Shown here: positions 1 through 13,901 of the stretch, one piece after another | Layout of the letters: each line of letters starts with the position of its first letter | Position numbering within the stretch: the first letter of the stretch is position 1 | NCBI GenBank assembly: GCA_963844715.1 | Contig: CAWJPJ010000006.1 | Span: forward strand, 352,001-416,000 | Reading direction: 5' to 3' | DNA: 64,000 bases | From: an uncultured Phycisphaerales bacterium | GTDB taxonomy: Bacteria > Planctomycetota > Phycisphaerae > Tepidisphaerales > Tepidisphaeraceae | The notes under the pieces: model-generated | The model's input: only the letters and a program-made list of their open reading frames with translations | Told to the model about the DNA's origin: nothing | The model's database searches: none | Position numbers and translations under genes: made by a program

Positions 1-26
1 CTCACAGCCGTTAATTTGTACCATTC

Positions 27-905
27 ATGAAATCTCGAGTTGGATTCATCGGCCTGGGGATAATGGGCGCGGGCATGGCGACCCGTCTGCTAAGTGATCG
101 CCCCCTCCTCGTCCACACCCGGACCAAGAGCAAAGCCAACAAACTGCTCCAGCGCGGGGCGATCTGGATGCCCACGCCCGCGAAACTTGCCGCCGAGTGC
201 GATGTGGTTTTCGTATGCGTGACCGATACGCCTGACGTCGAAGCGGTCATTGCCGGGGATGATGGGATACTTTCCACCGCGCATTCGGGCCTGATCGTGG
301 TCGATCATTCGACGATTTCTCCCGCCGTCACGCGACAGCTCGCCGACGACCTGCGCACGCGCGGGTCGTTCCTCCTCGATGCCCCGGTCAGCGGCGGACA
401 AAGCGGAGCCGAGAACGGCACCCTGTCCATCATGGTCGGCGGCGACATGGAAGCATTCGAAAAAGTTCAGCCGCTCTTGCGAGTCATGGGGCAGACCATC
501 ACCCACTGCGGACCCAGCGGCACCGGGCAGCTCACCAAGCTGGTGAATCAGATCCTGGTCTCAGTGACGAATTTGGCCGTCAGCGAGGCTCTCACATTTG
601 CCCGGAAGAACAATTTGGACATGGCCAAGTCGATCGCCGCTCTTGGCGGAGGCGCCGGATCGAGCTGGCAACTGTTGAACTTGGGTCCGAAGATGATCAA
701 TTCCGATTTCCGACCGGGGTTCACAATCAATCTTCAGCAAAAGGATTTGCGATTGGTCCTGGGAGCGGCGGAGGACTCGCGGACATCTCTGCCAGCCACG
801 AGTCTGGTGCATCAGCTTTTCACAGCTGCCCAGGCCGCCGGGCACAGCAAGGACGGCACCCAGGCCCTCTTCACCGTCGTCGAGAAATTAGCGTCGTTGC
901 ACTGA
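27..905 (+). CDS. NAD(P)-dependent beta-hydroxyacid dehydrogenase (3-hydroxyisobutyrate dehydrogenase / tartronate semialdehyde reductase family)
   Basis: GFIGLGIMG Rossmann motif, DAPVSGG, GTLSIMVGG, KLVNQ catalytic Lys, KDL motif. Confidence 0.92.
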   Translation: MKSRVGFIGLGIMGAGMATRLLSDRPLLVHTRTKSKANKLLQRGAIWMPTPAKLAAECDVVFVCVTDTPDVEAVIAGDDGILSTAHSGLIVVDHSTISPAVTRQLADDLRTRGSFLLDAPVSGGQSGAENGTLSIMVGGDMEAFEKVQPLLRVMGQTITHCGPSGTGQLTKLVNQILVSVTNLAVSEALTFARKNNLDMAKSIAALGGGAGSSWQLLNLGPKMINSDFRPGFTINLQQKDLRLVLGAAEDSRTSLPATSLVHQLFTAAQAAGHSKDGTQALFTVVEKLASLH

Positions 906-934
906 AGACATCGGCCACCCCGCTTCCGAAGTTT

Positions 935-4309
<3,375 letters not shown>

Positions 4310-4443
4310 CCGCGAGCTGTCATCTGAGGTGGGGCCAAGTCTATCCGCAAAATGCCTGAAGACGAAACTGGCGGCGATAATCCTCCCGGCCATTCCTCCT
4401 CCGCCATTCGGCGGCCATAACAATCTAAGGTAGAATCCGCCGC

Positions 4444-5220
4444 ATGCTTCGATCGCTTAGAATCATCGGGAGGGATTTTGGGGACTTTGCCGTGTATGCG
4501 GGCCGTGGGTGGCCGTTCGCTGGTTATGTTCGATCGCGGGGAACTTCGGCGCCTGCCGGGCCCGCGGAGATCTCCAGCCCGCCGACGCCGCCATGGGCGA
4601 CGGCCCGTTCTGTGTGCGCTTTGGTAAATATCAAGGCATGCTCGGGGGCCGGAGCTGCCTGACGGGCATCCGGGAAATCTGGGTGCGCGACCCGTATCTG
4701 GCGAATTATCTCACCATCGATCCGGATGCCGTCGTTCTCGACCTGGGCGCTAACATGGGCGTCTTCACGGCTCTGGCTCTGGCTCATGGCCCGCAGGTGC
4801 GTGTCTTTGCCGTTGAGGCTGATCCGGCCGAGTGCGACCGGCTGCGCCGCACCATCGGGGACAACCGGGCCCAGTCCCGGACCACCATCATCAACGCCTT
4901 CGTCGGCGGTTCCATGGATTTCCAGGACCACCTTAAGGCCACCGATCGCGCCGCCGCCGTCCAGACCATCAGCACGACCCAATTGCTGTCGCAAATCGGT
5001 CCGCGCCTGGATTTCATCAAATGCGATATTGAAGGGAGCGAATTCGCTCTTCTGGCTGACCCTCACCCTATCTTTGCGGCCGCCAAACAGATTTCGATGG
5101 AATTGCACCCCGATTTGGGTAATGCCCAAGACGCCATCAAGTCGCCTTGGCGATCTGGGATTTGAAGTGAATGTGCTCTCGCGCCCGCCGACGCTGATGG
5201 CCTTATGCCGCAGACGTTAA
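4444..5220 (+). CDS. FkbM family methyltransferase (frameshifted)
   Basis: [12 protein letters not shown] motif, [17 protein letters not shown]. Confidence 0.8.
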
Positions 5221-6198
5221 GTCGGCCTTGCGCCGCCGCCGCAGGAGCAGTGGTATTAGCGTCGCACCGAGGACTACTGCGCCCGTCGGCTCGGGAAGGA
5301 GCGCATCGATCTGGCTCGAATACGTCGCCACGTCGACCATATAAGACTGGTCGCCGAACAACGCCTCGGTCAGGTCCGGCTGGCCGGCGTACTCTCCCCC
5401 CGCGTCGTTGATTCCGAGCAGCACGTTCCCGCTCGTGATCGCCCCACCGCCGGAGTCGCCCGGCACGATCTGGTCCGACGTCGAGCTATTTACGAATTCG
5501 GATCCAAATACCGTTACATTCCCAAACCCCTCGTTGATCGTGAATGTATTGACGATCGGTCCGTCCTCGACAAGCTGAAATCCATAAACCTGGTTCTGCC
5601 CCCACGCGAATGTCTGCACGTACGAATTGATCTCATAGCCCTGATAAGTCGGGGTTCCGTTGGTTTCATTAAAGCTGGCGTCGTAGCCTTGCAGGCCGGA
5701 AGTCCGCTCCCCGCCGAAACCCATATTGTAATAGCCCGTCCCGATCGAGGGCGACACCGTCGGAATCGTCAGCGTCGGCAGCCCTACCGGAATCGTATTC
5801 AAATGAAACATCACCAAATCGGTCGGCGAATCGTCCGATGGATTAACCAGGCGAACGCTGTCCCCGTTGCCAGTATAGTTGTCCCCGTTGAGCTGGACTT
5901 GAATGGTCGGATCGATCCCGCCGGTGACGGCATCGTGCACGACGTGATATGCCGTCATCATCCAGCCATCGCCAAGATAAATTCCCCCCGCGTAGCCATC
6001 GGAAGTATTGTCTTCGTTGATTGCCAGGACGACAGCCTCGTTGCTCAGCCCCGTAGGCGTACCCGGTAACGTGGTGTTATTTTGAGGCGAAGAAGTATCC
6101 GCCCCGGTGATGACGGCTAACGAAAGTCCGGGTGAAAGCAAAAGACAGGGAACCGCCGCTAATAGCAGCCGAGCAATGCCTGATTTCACTGAAACCAT
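5203..6198 (-). CDS. Secreted trypsin-like serine protease with PEP-CTERM sorting signal
   Basis: Signal peptide; TAYH, DL and GDSGG catalytic triad motifs; C-terminal LPEP + TM + RRRRK. Confidence 0.8.
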   Translation of the reverse strand: MVSVKSGIARLLLAAVPCLLLSPGLSLAVITGADTSSPQNNTTLPGTPTGLSNEAVVLAINEDNTSDGYAGGIYLGDGWMMTAYHVVHDAVTGGIDPTIQVQLNGDNYTGNGDSVRLVNPSDDSPTDLVMFHLNTIPVGLPTLTIPTVSPSIGTGYYNMGFGGERTSGLQGYDASFNETNGTPTYQGYEINSYVQTFAWGQNQVYGFQLVEDGPIVNTFTINEGFGNVTVFGSEFVNSSTSDQIVPGDSGGGAITSGNVLLGINDAGGEYAGQPDLTEALFGDQSYMVDVATYSSQIDALLPEPTGAVVLGATLIPLLLRRRRKADLTSAA

Positions 6199-6371
6199 CC
6201 CTCCGCTCAGTCCACCTTGCCGACCGTTTTAATTTACCACATGCCCGGTCAATGCCAAGCGGAATTCCCGCCGCCAGTGGAAAATTAGGCAACTCTTAAC
6301 GGCCTTGCCGCCGAATCTGGTAAGCTCCGACCGGGGAGAGGATTACGCACTCTTTTGGCACTGGAGGAACC

Positions 6372-7888
6372 ATGGCGCAGGCGGAAATCAGTCGGCGGGA
6401 AGTCCTTAAATCGGCCGCGATTGCGGCGGCGGCGGTTGCGGGAGCGCAACTGGCGAATTTCGCGGGCGGGCAAACTACGGAACCTTCCGCGCAACTTCGC
6501 GGCGCCGACGACTCGGCCGGCGCCGATGATTGGGATTCAAACGGGAATTCCGCCGCTGGCTTCTGACAATATCGATTCGGTTCTTGAGGATATGCAAAAA
6601 CGCGGGGGCGTGAACACACTTTTTCCGTTTATTTACACCTACGCACACGTGACGGCGGCGATGAAAGCGAAGGGGTTTCGTGGGGGTAATTTCGCTATTC
6701 CGCACATGCAATATTACAAAAACACTTCCCTCACTTACGCGGATATGCGGGCGCCGGATTTTGGGGATTTGGATGTCTTCGACCGCACGATTACGGCGGC
6801 CAAAAAACGGGGGATGAAAACGTTCGCGTGGGTTTTGGAAGATCACGACAAATGCCCGTCCAAAGCATGGGAGCCGCTGTATGAAATCGACTTTCATGGG
6901 AATCGCGTGCTGAATCATCCGTCCGGGCCTTGTTACAACAATCCGGCTTATCTCGGCTTTGTGCTCGGACTCATTGAAGATTACACGCGCTCTTACGACA
7001 TCGACGGCGTGATGTGGTCATCGGAACGACAGGGTGGATTTCTCAACGCGATCGGGGCGTATGCGCACGGGTCATCTTCTGATCCCGGCAAAGCTACGTG
7101 CTTTTGTGAATATTGCCAGGCACGCGCTGAAGCGCAGGGGATCGATCCGCAGCGCGCGATCGAGGGGTTTACCGTGCTGGAACAATATGTTCGCGAGGGG
7201 CGCGCGGGGTCGCGGCCTCGGGATGGGTATTTTGTGGCGTTTTTCCGCATCCTGTTTGATTATCCGGAACTGCTGGCTTGGGAAACGCTTTGGCAGACGA
7301 GCCGGGAAGATTTGATGAAGGACATTTACAAACTCGTCAAGTCGATCAAGCCTGAGCTGCCTGTGGGGTGGCATATCTGGCATAACGTGACGTTCTCGCC
7401 GTTCCATCGGGCGGAGATGGATTACAAGCGGATGATCTCTTACTCCGACTATCTGAAACCCGTTGTCTACAACAACGCGGCTGGGGAGCGCATGCATGCG
7501 TTTACTACCGGCATTTGCCAGAATGTGCTGGGGGATCTGCCGCCGGATCAGGCGTTGCAACTGCTGTACAGCTTCCAGGACTTTAAAGAGGCGCCTTACG
7601 ATACGCTGGAACAGGTCGGGTTCTCGGCGGACTATGTGCGGCGGGAGACGGCGCGGTGCGTGGATGATGTGAAGGGATCGAATGTGCAGGTGTGGCCGGG
7701 GGTGGGGATCGATATTCCGGTCCCTGCGGGGGTGTGCGCCTTCCACGGCTGAGGCGGTGAAGCAGGCGGTGCTGGCCGCGTTCCAGGGGGGAGCGCCTGG
7801 GGTGCTGCTTTCGCGGAATTATCCGGAGATGGTGCCGGAGCATTTGTCGGGAGCGGGAGCGGCGCTGGATGAATTGGGGCTCAGATGA
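6372..7888 (+). CDS. Tat-exported glycoside-hydrolase-like TIM-barrel protein (GHL10-like; two frameshifts)
   Basis: SRREVLK twin-arginine signal at 6372. Body in ORF 6355-7752 (CYNNPAY...YDIDGVMW, CFCEYC). C-terminus in ORF 7682-7888. Confidence 0.6.
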
Positions 7889-7894
7889 CGGGCC

Positions 7895-8170
7895 CGTTCC
7901 GCGACGGAGCGGGAGTGTGAAGGTGTGAACGTGCGAAGGTGTGAACGTGATGGGAGCAGAGCCCTTGCAGTTCCCTCGGCGTGGTTCATTGGACCAAGGA
8001 TACAAAAGTAAGCGCTTTTGAAAATGGCCTCGCGCGCTTCTTTTGGGGTAAGGGGTTGGGGGATAAGGAGATGGGGTGGGTGGCGCGTGGGCGTCTATGG
8101 TAAGCGCGCTTACTTGGGTCGGTTCCGCGCGGGGGGGCGGGAGCGTGAAGGTGTGAAAGTGCGAAGGTGG
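7895..8170. repeat. Two copies (~7895-7945, ~8120-8170) of a ~45 bp direct repeat with 8-bp periodic units GTGAA(G/C)GT
   Basis: gcgggagtgtgaaggtgtgaacgtgcgaaggtg versus gcgggagcgtgaaggtgtgaaagtgcgaaggtg. Confidence 0.6.
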
Positions 8171-8618
8171 TGGGCAAGGCGTAGCCGTGGGTAGTATCAT
8201 CGGCGCTTTGATCGGGGGGTTGGGGGGAGTTTGGTTGTTGTTCAATTATCAAATTTTAGTGGCCATGGTGATTTGCGGATCAGTCGCTGTCCCCTTGCGG
8301 GGGGTTGAGCCGTGTTTGCCGCGAGTACCGACTGCGGACTGGCGATCGGCGGGAGATGTGGCGCGGTGGTCGTGGGGGCGCCATCACAATCCGCGACGCG
8401 GTAATCGGCGAGTTCCATGATGAGGATGGAATTTCTGTCCGAGAGCTCGCCTCCAAAATCATCGGGTCGTGAAAAGATCGGTTTGCCCCGGCGCTGGAGC
8501 ACACGCAACCGGAACCTTGGACGCTTCTCGACTCAAATTCCAGTCGAAATCCGATTCGGCACCGACTCGCATCCCTTGCACTCTAACGTGAGTCTGCTGC
8601 GCCCTGCTTTCACCGATC

Positions 8619-8690
8619 GTCGCAAATTCCTTGGCGGCAATCGCGTAAGCGGGTTTACGCCATCGTCCGTCCTCCCCGCCGACGCAGTGC
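8619..8690. repeat. Partial copy A of the ~400 bp dispersed non-coding repeat
   Basis: cgcaaattccttggcggcaatcgcgtaagcgggtttacgccatcgtccgtcc aligns without gaps to ~9684-9735 and ~11684-11735. Confidence 0.65.
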
Positions 8691-8692
8691 GC

Positions 8693-9202
8693 CTAAGGTT
8701 TTGGATTCTGCTTATTCTGAAGTTCTCGCGAAATCTGTTCGAATTGCTTCCGAGCGTCGGCGATGACTTCGGGGGTCCATCGAAATCGCGTGTGATGCAT
8801 GAGGGCCTGGATCGCCTTGGTAAAATCGAGGCGCTGTTGGGCGGCGGCGTAAGCGAGGACGCCCAGCGTTCCGGTAACCATTAAGCCGCGGGCCGAGGCG
8901 AGGTTGGCGGCCTTTCGTTCGTCGATCAGTACACGATCCGCATGGCGCTCGCTGGCGAGTGAAATCGCCGATGTCTCTCCCTCGTCGAGATCAAGGTCCA
9001 GCATTGTGGCTGGCGAATGAATCCCGAGCCAGGCGGGCGGATTTTGGGCCCAGCGCTTCACGAGCTCGGGGAAATGGTCCATTTTAAGTTCGCCGATCAC
9101 CAGTGGCGTGGTCATCACCGCGCCGTAGAGGGAGGGCAGAAGTTCAACGGCGCCCAGTTCGCACAATTAGCGAAGGGGACTGGTATCGCAGACGATCAGC
9201 AT
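8693..9202 (-). CDS. DUF3368-type PIN-domain protein (putative toxin; frameshift near start)
   Basis: MLIVCDTSPL start at 9202; LDEGETSAISLA, LIDERKA, VTGTLGVL motifs. Confidence 0.8.
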
Positions 9203-9205
9203 GGT

Positions 9206-9470
9206 TTATTTGGAGCCCAAGGGGAGGCCCAGGTCTTTACGGAGCAAATCGAAATCGCGTCGAACGTCGGCTGAGGTGTAATCGACCACGCCGTGGCGTC
9301 CGAGAACTTCCTCGGCCTGAGCCCGGTCGATCCCGAGGTATTTGGCGAACTGTCCGTGGGAGAGTTTGCATTCGCGGTAGAGGTGGACCGCGATCGTCTC
9401 GCGCTTCCTGATCGAGCCGGCGGACGGTCTCCGGGTCAAGGTTCTCGGGGATGGGGATGTTCAGGGTCAT
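9206..9470 (-). CDS. UPF0175 family protein (putative antitoxin; frameshifted)
   Basis: MTLNIPIPE...ETIAVHLYRECKLSHGQFAKYLGIDR; directly upstream of the DUF3368 gene. Confidence 0.75.
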
Positions 9471-9478
9471 GCTGTATT

Positions 9479-9505
9479 AGTTTAGCATGGCATTGGGGTT
9501 GTCAA
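9479..9505 (-). promoter_or_regulatory. Putative sigma70 promoter of the TA pair (near-leaderless)
   Basis: TTGACA-N15-TAAACT with extended -10 TG; ATG 8 nt downstream of the -10. Confidence 0.45.
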
Positions 9506-9619
9506 CGACCTACTTGGATTATCGGCAGAAACAGAGGGAAATGCTGACCGGGCGATGGGCGACCCGATTGTAACGACGTAATGTCACGTCCCCTTCTCAA
9601 CCCGCCTTCGGCTTAGTCG

Positions 9620-10028
9620 CGGATTCGGGATCGGCGTCCTCCAATTCAGCCGGGAGCAGAACCGCTTTCCGATTACCCCTGGTCGCCAGTTCCTTGGTGG
9701 CGATCGGGTAGGCGGGTTCACGCTATCGTCCGTCCGCCCTACCAGGGCGGTCCTATGGGGAGGCCCAACGGATGGCGCTTCGGCGGGTTCAGCACAGGCC
9801 CTTCGACATGTTCAGGGGGGCTATCCGTTGGCTTTCGCTTAGAGCAATTTGGGCGTGGGACATGCCGCTTTCGGGGGTTGGTCGGGGTCGATCGGTTGTT
9901 GCTTGAGCGTTTCGGGAAGCGGAATCTTTCGTTTCTGCCGGGGTGTTCTGGGTGTGGGGTTTGGGGTTTGCGGTGTGGGGAGAGGGAACGCGGTGCTGCG
10001 CACCGCCGCTAAATGGGGGAACGAACGG
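9620..10028. repeat. Copy B of the ~400 bp dispersed non-coding repeat
   Basis: Colinear with 11620-12078; internal IR ccaacggatggc...gctatccgttgg; terminal cgcggtgctgcgcaccgccgctaaatgggggaacgaacgg. Confidence 0.75.
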
Positions 10029-10161
10029 TGATCGAATTATTGGGTGGGTTTCCGCGATGGGAAGGGATTGGCCGGCGGGTCCCGGTCATTTGCTGGCGGA
10101 TTTGGCGGAACGATGGGGGATGATCCAGCGGGTTCGAATCGCGGTCGATTGAGTTTTTTTT

Positions 10162-10189
10162 TTGACAATGCCGGGTGGTTGCGTAAATT
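10162..10189 (+). promoter_or_regulatory. Putative sigma70 promoter
   Basis: TTGACA-N16-TAAATT preceded by a T-tract, about 70 bp upstream of ATG 10261. Confidence 0.4.
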
Positions 10190-10260
10190 AGTCGTGTGCG
10201 GTGAAGTTAGCGGCCGTTGACGGACGGTGCGGACTTTGGGGGGAAAGTGGGTAGAGGAAC

Positions 10261-11034
10261 ATGAGACGGGTTCACTTCTATGCTGGCGCGGGGTTGATTC
10301 TTTCGCTTTTGGTTTGCGGGAAGGGGTGGGCTACGACTTCGATCAATTTTGATCCGCCGGGCGGACTTCCTGCGGGGGATTTGCCTGCGGGGCTGAGCGC
10401 GATGAGTAATTCGCCGGGGTCTGCGGTGCCTACTAGCGCGGAGCTTTCGGATCAATATGATGGGGACGGCGTGCTCTTCAGTTCGACGTCCGCGTTTGTG
10501 GCGGTTGTGGATATCGGCAGTTCGTCGGCGAGCCCGCCGAATGGGATTGGGGGGGTGACTTCGGATGGGCTGCTCTCGTATGCCGATCCGGTTAAATTCA
10601 CGTTTGTGCAGCCGGGGACGATCTTGGCTGGGGTTACGAGTGACGTTTCGATCCAGGCGGACGATATCGGTATTCCGGGGCAGTATGCGACGCTGACGGC
10701 GTTTGATATCAATGGGAAGGTGCTGGACAGCGAGACGCTCAATGATGTGGGGGGAGAGATCTGGTCGATTGACTTGGCGGGGATTCACTCGGCGGAATTC
10801 AATTTTCCGACGACCATCGATGGCGATCCGACGACTGGATCGCCGTTTGGAAATGGGACGGGGATTGCCCTGGATGATTTGAATTTTGGTGCGGTTACCG
10901 CGGCGGGATCCGGGGGATCGGCGGCGGTTCCGTTGCCGACGGCGGCATGGAGCGGGCTGGGTCTATTGGGATTGCTTGGCGGCATTCGAGCGCTGCGATG
11001 GGGCGGGAAATGGAATCGGTGTGAAGCGCATTGA
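10261..11034 (+). CDS. Secreted protein with VPLP-CTERM (PEP-CTERM-like) sorting signal
   Basis: Signal peptide; C-terminal VPLPTAAWSGLGLLGLLGGIRALR. Confidence 0.8.
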   Translation: MRRVHFYAGAGLILSLLVCGKGWATTSINFDPPGGLPAGDLPAGLSAMSNSPGSAVPTSAELSDQYDGDGVLFSSTSAFVAVVDIGSSSASPPNGIGGVTSDGLLSYADPVKFTFVQPGTILAGVTSDVSIQADDIGIPGQYATLTAFDINGKVLDSETLNDVGGEIWSIDLAGIHSAEFNFPTTIDGDPTTGSPFGNGTGIALDDLNFGAVTAAGSGGSAAVPLPTAAWSGLGLLGLLGGIRALRWGGKWNRCEAH

Positions 11035-11122
11035 GGTAGAGCCATGACGGGGAGGGTTGCTGAAATGGCCGGCAATGCGAATCGGATTTCTTTGGCGCTC
11101 ACGGGGCCGATGCGGCTCGGTC

Positions 11123-11491
11123 TCATTGCGGAATTTGAACGTGTACGGTCGTTGGGTCTAGATCCCAGAATCCCGGGCAGAAAATGCCGATGACGGGGAT
11201 GATAAAGAAGAAGGTGCCGACGATGTCCAGGACGCCGGTGCCGGAAATTTTTCTGCCGATGACGGCGGTTCCGCGTCGTCCGGCGTATTCGGCGCTGATT
11301 GCGTAGGATTTATTTCGGTCCAACATCAATGTCACGGGACTGGTCCCCACCGGGTTGTTGTCGACATAAACCGTAGCCGGTTGCGTCGACGCGATGATCG
11401 TCACCGATTCCTGCTTGGGCTGAAACGCGGAGCATCCCTGGACCAACAGTAGCGCGATGAGACCGGCTGAGACCCACTTCCCCTTGTTCAT
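11123..11491 (-). CDS. PEGA-domain lipoprotein
   Basis: Lipobox-like VQGC; STQPATVYVDNNPVGTSP PEGA pattern; C-terminal hydrophobic segment. Confidence 0.75.
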   Translation of the reverse strand: MNKGKWVSAGLIALLLVQGCSAFQPKQESVTIIASTQPATVYVDNNPVGTSPVTLMLDRNKSYAISAEYAGRRGTAVIGRKISGTGVLDIVGTFFFIIPVIGIFCPGFWDLDPTTVHVQIPQ

Positions 11492-11619
11492 AAGCCTCGA
11501 TTCGTAGGCCCGGGATGCTAGCGATACATCGCCGGAACTGCAATAAAATGGCCGGGCATTCGGACGCACTGGGACTCAACAGGGACGTAGCTTGCCTTTT
11601 ACCTCCCTATGGTTCAAGC

Positions 11620-12078
11620 AGGGTTTGGGGATCGGGGTTTTCGAACTCACCTGTGGCGGGACCGGTTTCCGGTCCCTCTTGAACGCAGGTTCCTCGGCGG
11701 AAATTCCGTAAGAGGGTTGACTCCATCGGCCGTGCGCGCCGACGGGGCGGTCATATGGGGAGGCTCAACGGATGGCGCTTTGACGTGGCTCAGCACGGGC
11801 GCTTCGACGTGGCTCAGCACGGGCGCTTCGACGTGGCTCAGCATGGGCGCTTGGACATGCTCAGGGGGCCTATCCGTCGGCTTTCGCTTACGGGTGTTCA
11901 GCGGGGAGTTTGACCGTTTTAAGGAGCTGGTTACCCTCGATCGCGGGTTGGTAAAGCATTCCGCAGGGTAGAACCTCCCGTTTCGCATGGGTTGCTCTGG
12001 GTGTAGGGTTTGGGTTTTGCGGTGTCGGGAAAGCGGATCGCGGTGCTGCGCACCGCCGCTAAATGGGGGAACGAACGG
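11620..12078. repeat. Copy C of the ~400 bp dispersed repeat, containing a 24-bp tandem array (11774-11864)
   Basis: Colinear with copy B; unit ggcgcttcgacgtggctcagcacg x3 plus one degenerate unit. Confidence 0.75.
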
Positions 12079-12152
12079 GGCTATAGAATGGTGGCGCTGG
12101 GGATTTTTGTCCCGTATTGTCGATCGTGGAGATTGTTTGGGTGGAAGATCGA

Positions 12153-13730
12153 ATGGACGATGCTGAACTGCTGCGGGAATACGCGACGGGTCGATCCGAA
12201 AAGGCGTTTCGCGCTTTGGTGGATCGATATGTCAATCTGGTCTATTCCAGTTGCCGCCGGCAGTTGGGGGATCGGCATCTGGCGGAAGATGTGACGCAAG
12301 CGGTGTTTTTACTGCTGAGCGAAAAGATCGGGACGATCCGGCATTCGAGATTGGCCGGGTGGCTGCTGGTCACGGCGCGCTATACGTGCGCGAGAATACG
12401 AAAGATGCAATTGCAGCGGGTCCGCCGCGAAACGACGGTGGCCATGACGCGGACGCGGGATTCGGAATCGGAAACGGACGAATCGGGAAATGACGAATTG
12501 CTTGCGCTGCTCGACGACGGACTGTCTCGATTGAAGGCGGCGGACCGCGAGGCGATCGTGCTGCGGTATTTGCAGGGGCGGCCTCTTGCTCAAGTCGGAG
12601 AGTCGCTGGGAATTTCGGAAGGGGCGGCGCAGCCGCGTTGAACGCGGGGTCGACAAGTTCGCGGGTATTTCGAGCGGAAGGGAATTGCGACGCCTGCGGG
12701 GGCGCTGCCGGGGATTCTCGCGGGGCAGACGGGGGCGGCGGTTCTTTCGCACGACGTTCGGGTTTCGATCATGCATGGAATTTTCGGCGCGTGCCACGGC
12801 GGCAGCGGCGCGGCGCCTGTGGTTATTTCTCTTGCCAAGGGAACCAAGATCATGATGCAGATTGCTCGGCTTAAAATAGCGGCGGCGGCGGTCGTCATCA
12901 CGGCGGCGGTCTCGACCGCGGGTTGGTTTACGGTGAAACAGGTGATGGGGGATGGGGCGAGCGCGGCAGCGGTGAGTGCGGCGGCGCCATCCGGCAGCGG
13001 GCCTGCGGCGTCGGCGGCGCCGATCGCGCCGGCGGGTGTTGCATCGCCGGTGGCGGCCGCGGCGCCGCAGGTGGTTAAGGCGGTTCCGAACGATGGGGAC
13101 ACGAGTGTCGATCCGAGCGCGACGGAGTTGCGGGTCACGTTCGATCAGCCGATGGATACGCGAAGGTATTCGTTTGTGGGGGGCGGGCCGACGTTTCCCG
13201 GTACGGGAGCGCGGCCGCATTGGATCAATCAGACGACTATCACTTTGCCGATTGCATTAAAGCCCGGTCATTCTTATTGGCTGAGCATCAATTCGGATCA
13301 GTTTCAAAATTTTCGCAGCGCATCGGGCGCACCGGCGGTTCCGCATTCGATTTCGTTTACCACTTGGAGCGCGGCTGGTCCGGCGACGCTGGCGACGACG
13401 CCGCTGGTGGTTAAGGCGGTTCCTGACAACGGGGCGACCGACGTCGATCCCGGGCTTAAGGAGTTGCGTGTGACGTTTGATCAGCCGATGGACACGGGCG
13501 GGTATTCGTTTGTGGGGGACGGGGATCAATTTCCCGGCACGAACGCGCCGGCGCGTTGGGTCGATCAGACCACGTGCGTTTTGCCTATCGCGTTGAAGCC
13601 GGGGCATTCGTATTGGCTGAGCATTAATTCGGATCAATTTCAGAATTTTCGGAATCCGCAGGGGGAGCCGGCGACGCCTTATCCGATTTCGTTTACGACG
13701 GGGAATGCGGGGCCGGGGGGAAAGCCGTGA
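12153..13730 (+). CDS. ECF-type sigma-70 factor fused via a TM helix to two Ig-like (Big_5-type) domains (frameshifted)
   Basis: MDDAELLREYA...AEDVTQAVF region 2; DREAIVLRYLQG region 4; hydrophobic segment; two VVKAVP..LRVTFDQPMD..ISFTT repeats. Confidence 0.75.
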
Positions 13731-13901
13731 GGGAAGGGCTCGCTTTGGGGGTCGTTTGATATGCGGGCGGCACTGGACGGTCGAACAATACCCCCCACCC
13801 GTCCAGCGGAAACCAGCGGAGGACAGAGAGGGGGTTCGAGGCGGCGCGAGTTTCAAAGAGAAACCGGATGGAGGCGTACATAACGGATGAAGCTGCTCTA
13901 G

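Noticed and set aside
10125..10150. tRNA (GGTTCGAATC)
   Set aside because: The T-stem does not pair and no cloverleaf can be formed.
11774..11864. CRISPR array
   Set aside because: The 24-bp units are directly adjacent with no unique spacers, and there are no cas genes.
11609..11988. ORFs 11609-11971 (+) and 11647-11988 (-) as real genes
   Set aside because: They fall inside the repeat, mismatches between copies lack triplet periodicity, and starts and stops are not shared.
9620..12078. DGR template/variable repeat pair
   Set aside because: Differences are not restricted to adenines, the copies are non-coding, and no reverse transcriptase is in the window.
8590..12080. Integron attC cassette array
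   Set aside because: No intI, no clear RYYYAAC/GTTRRRY box pairs, and the genes between repeats differ in orientation.
13060..13700. DGR-like repeat in the ECF extension
   Set aside because: Ordinary in-frame domain duplication with changes at all four bases.
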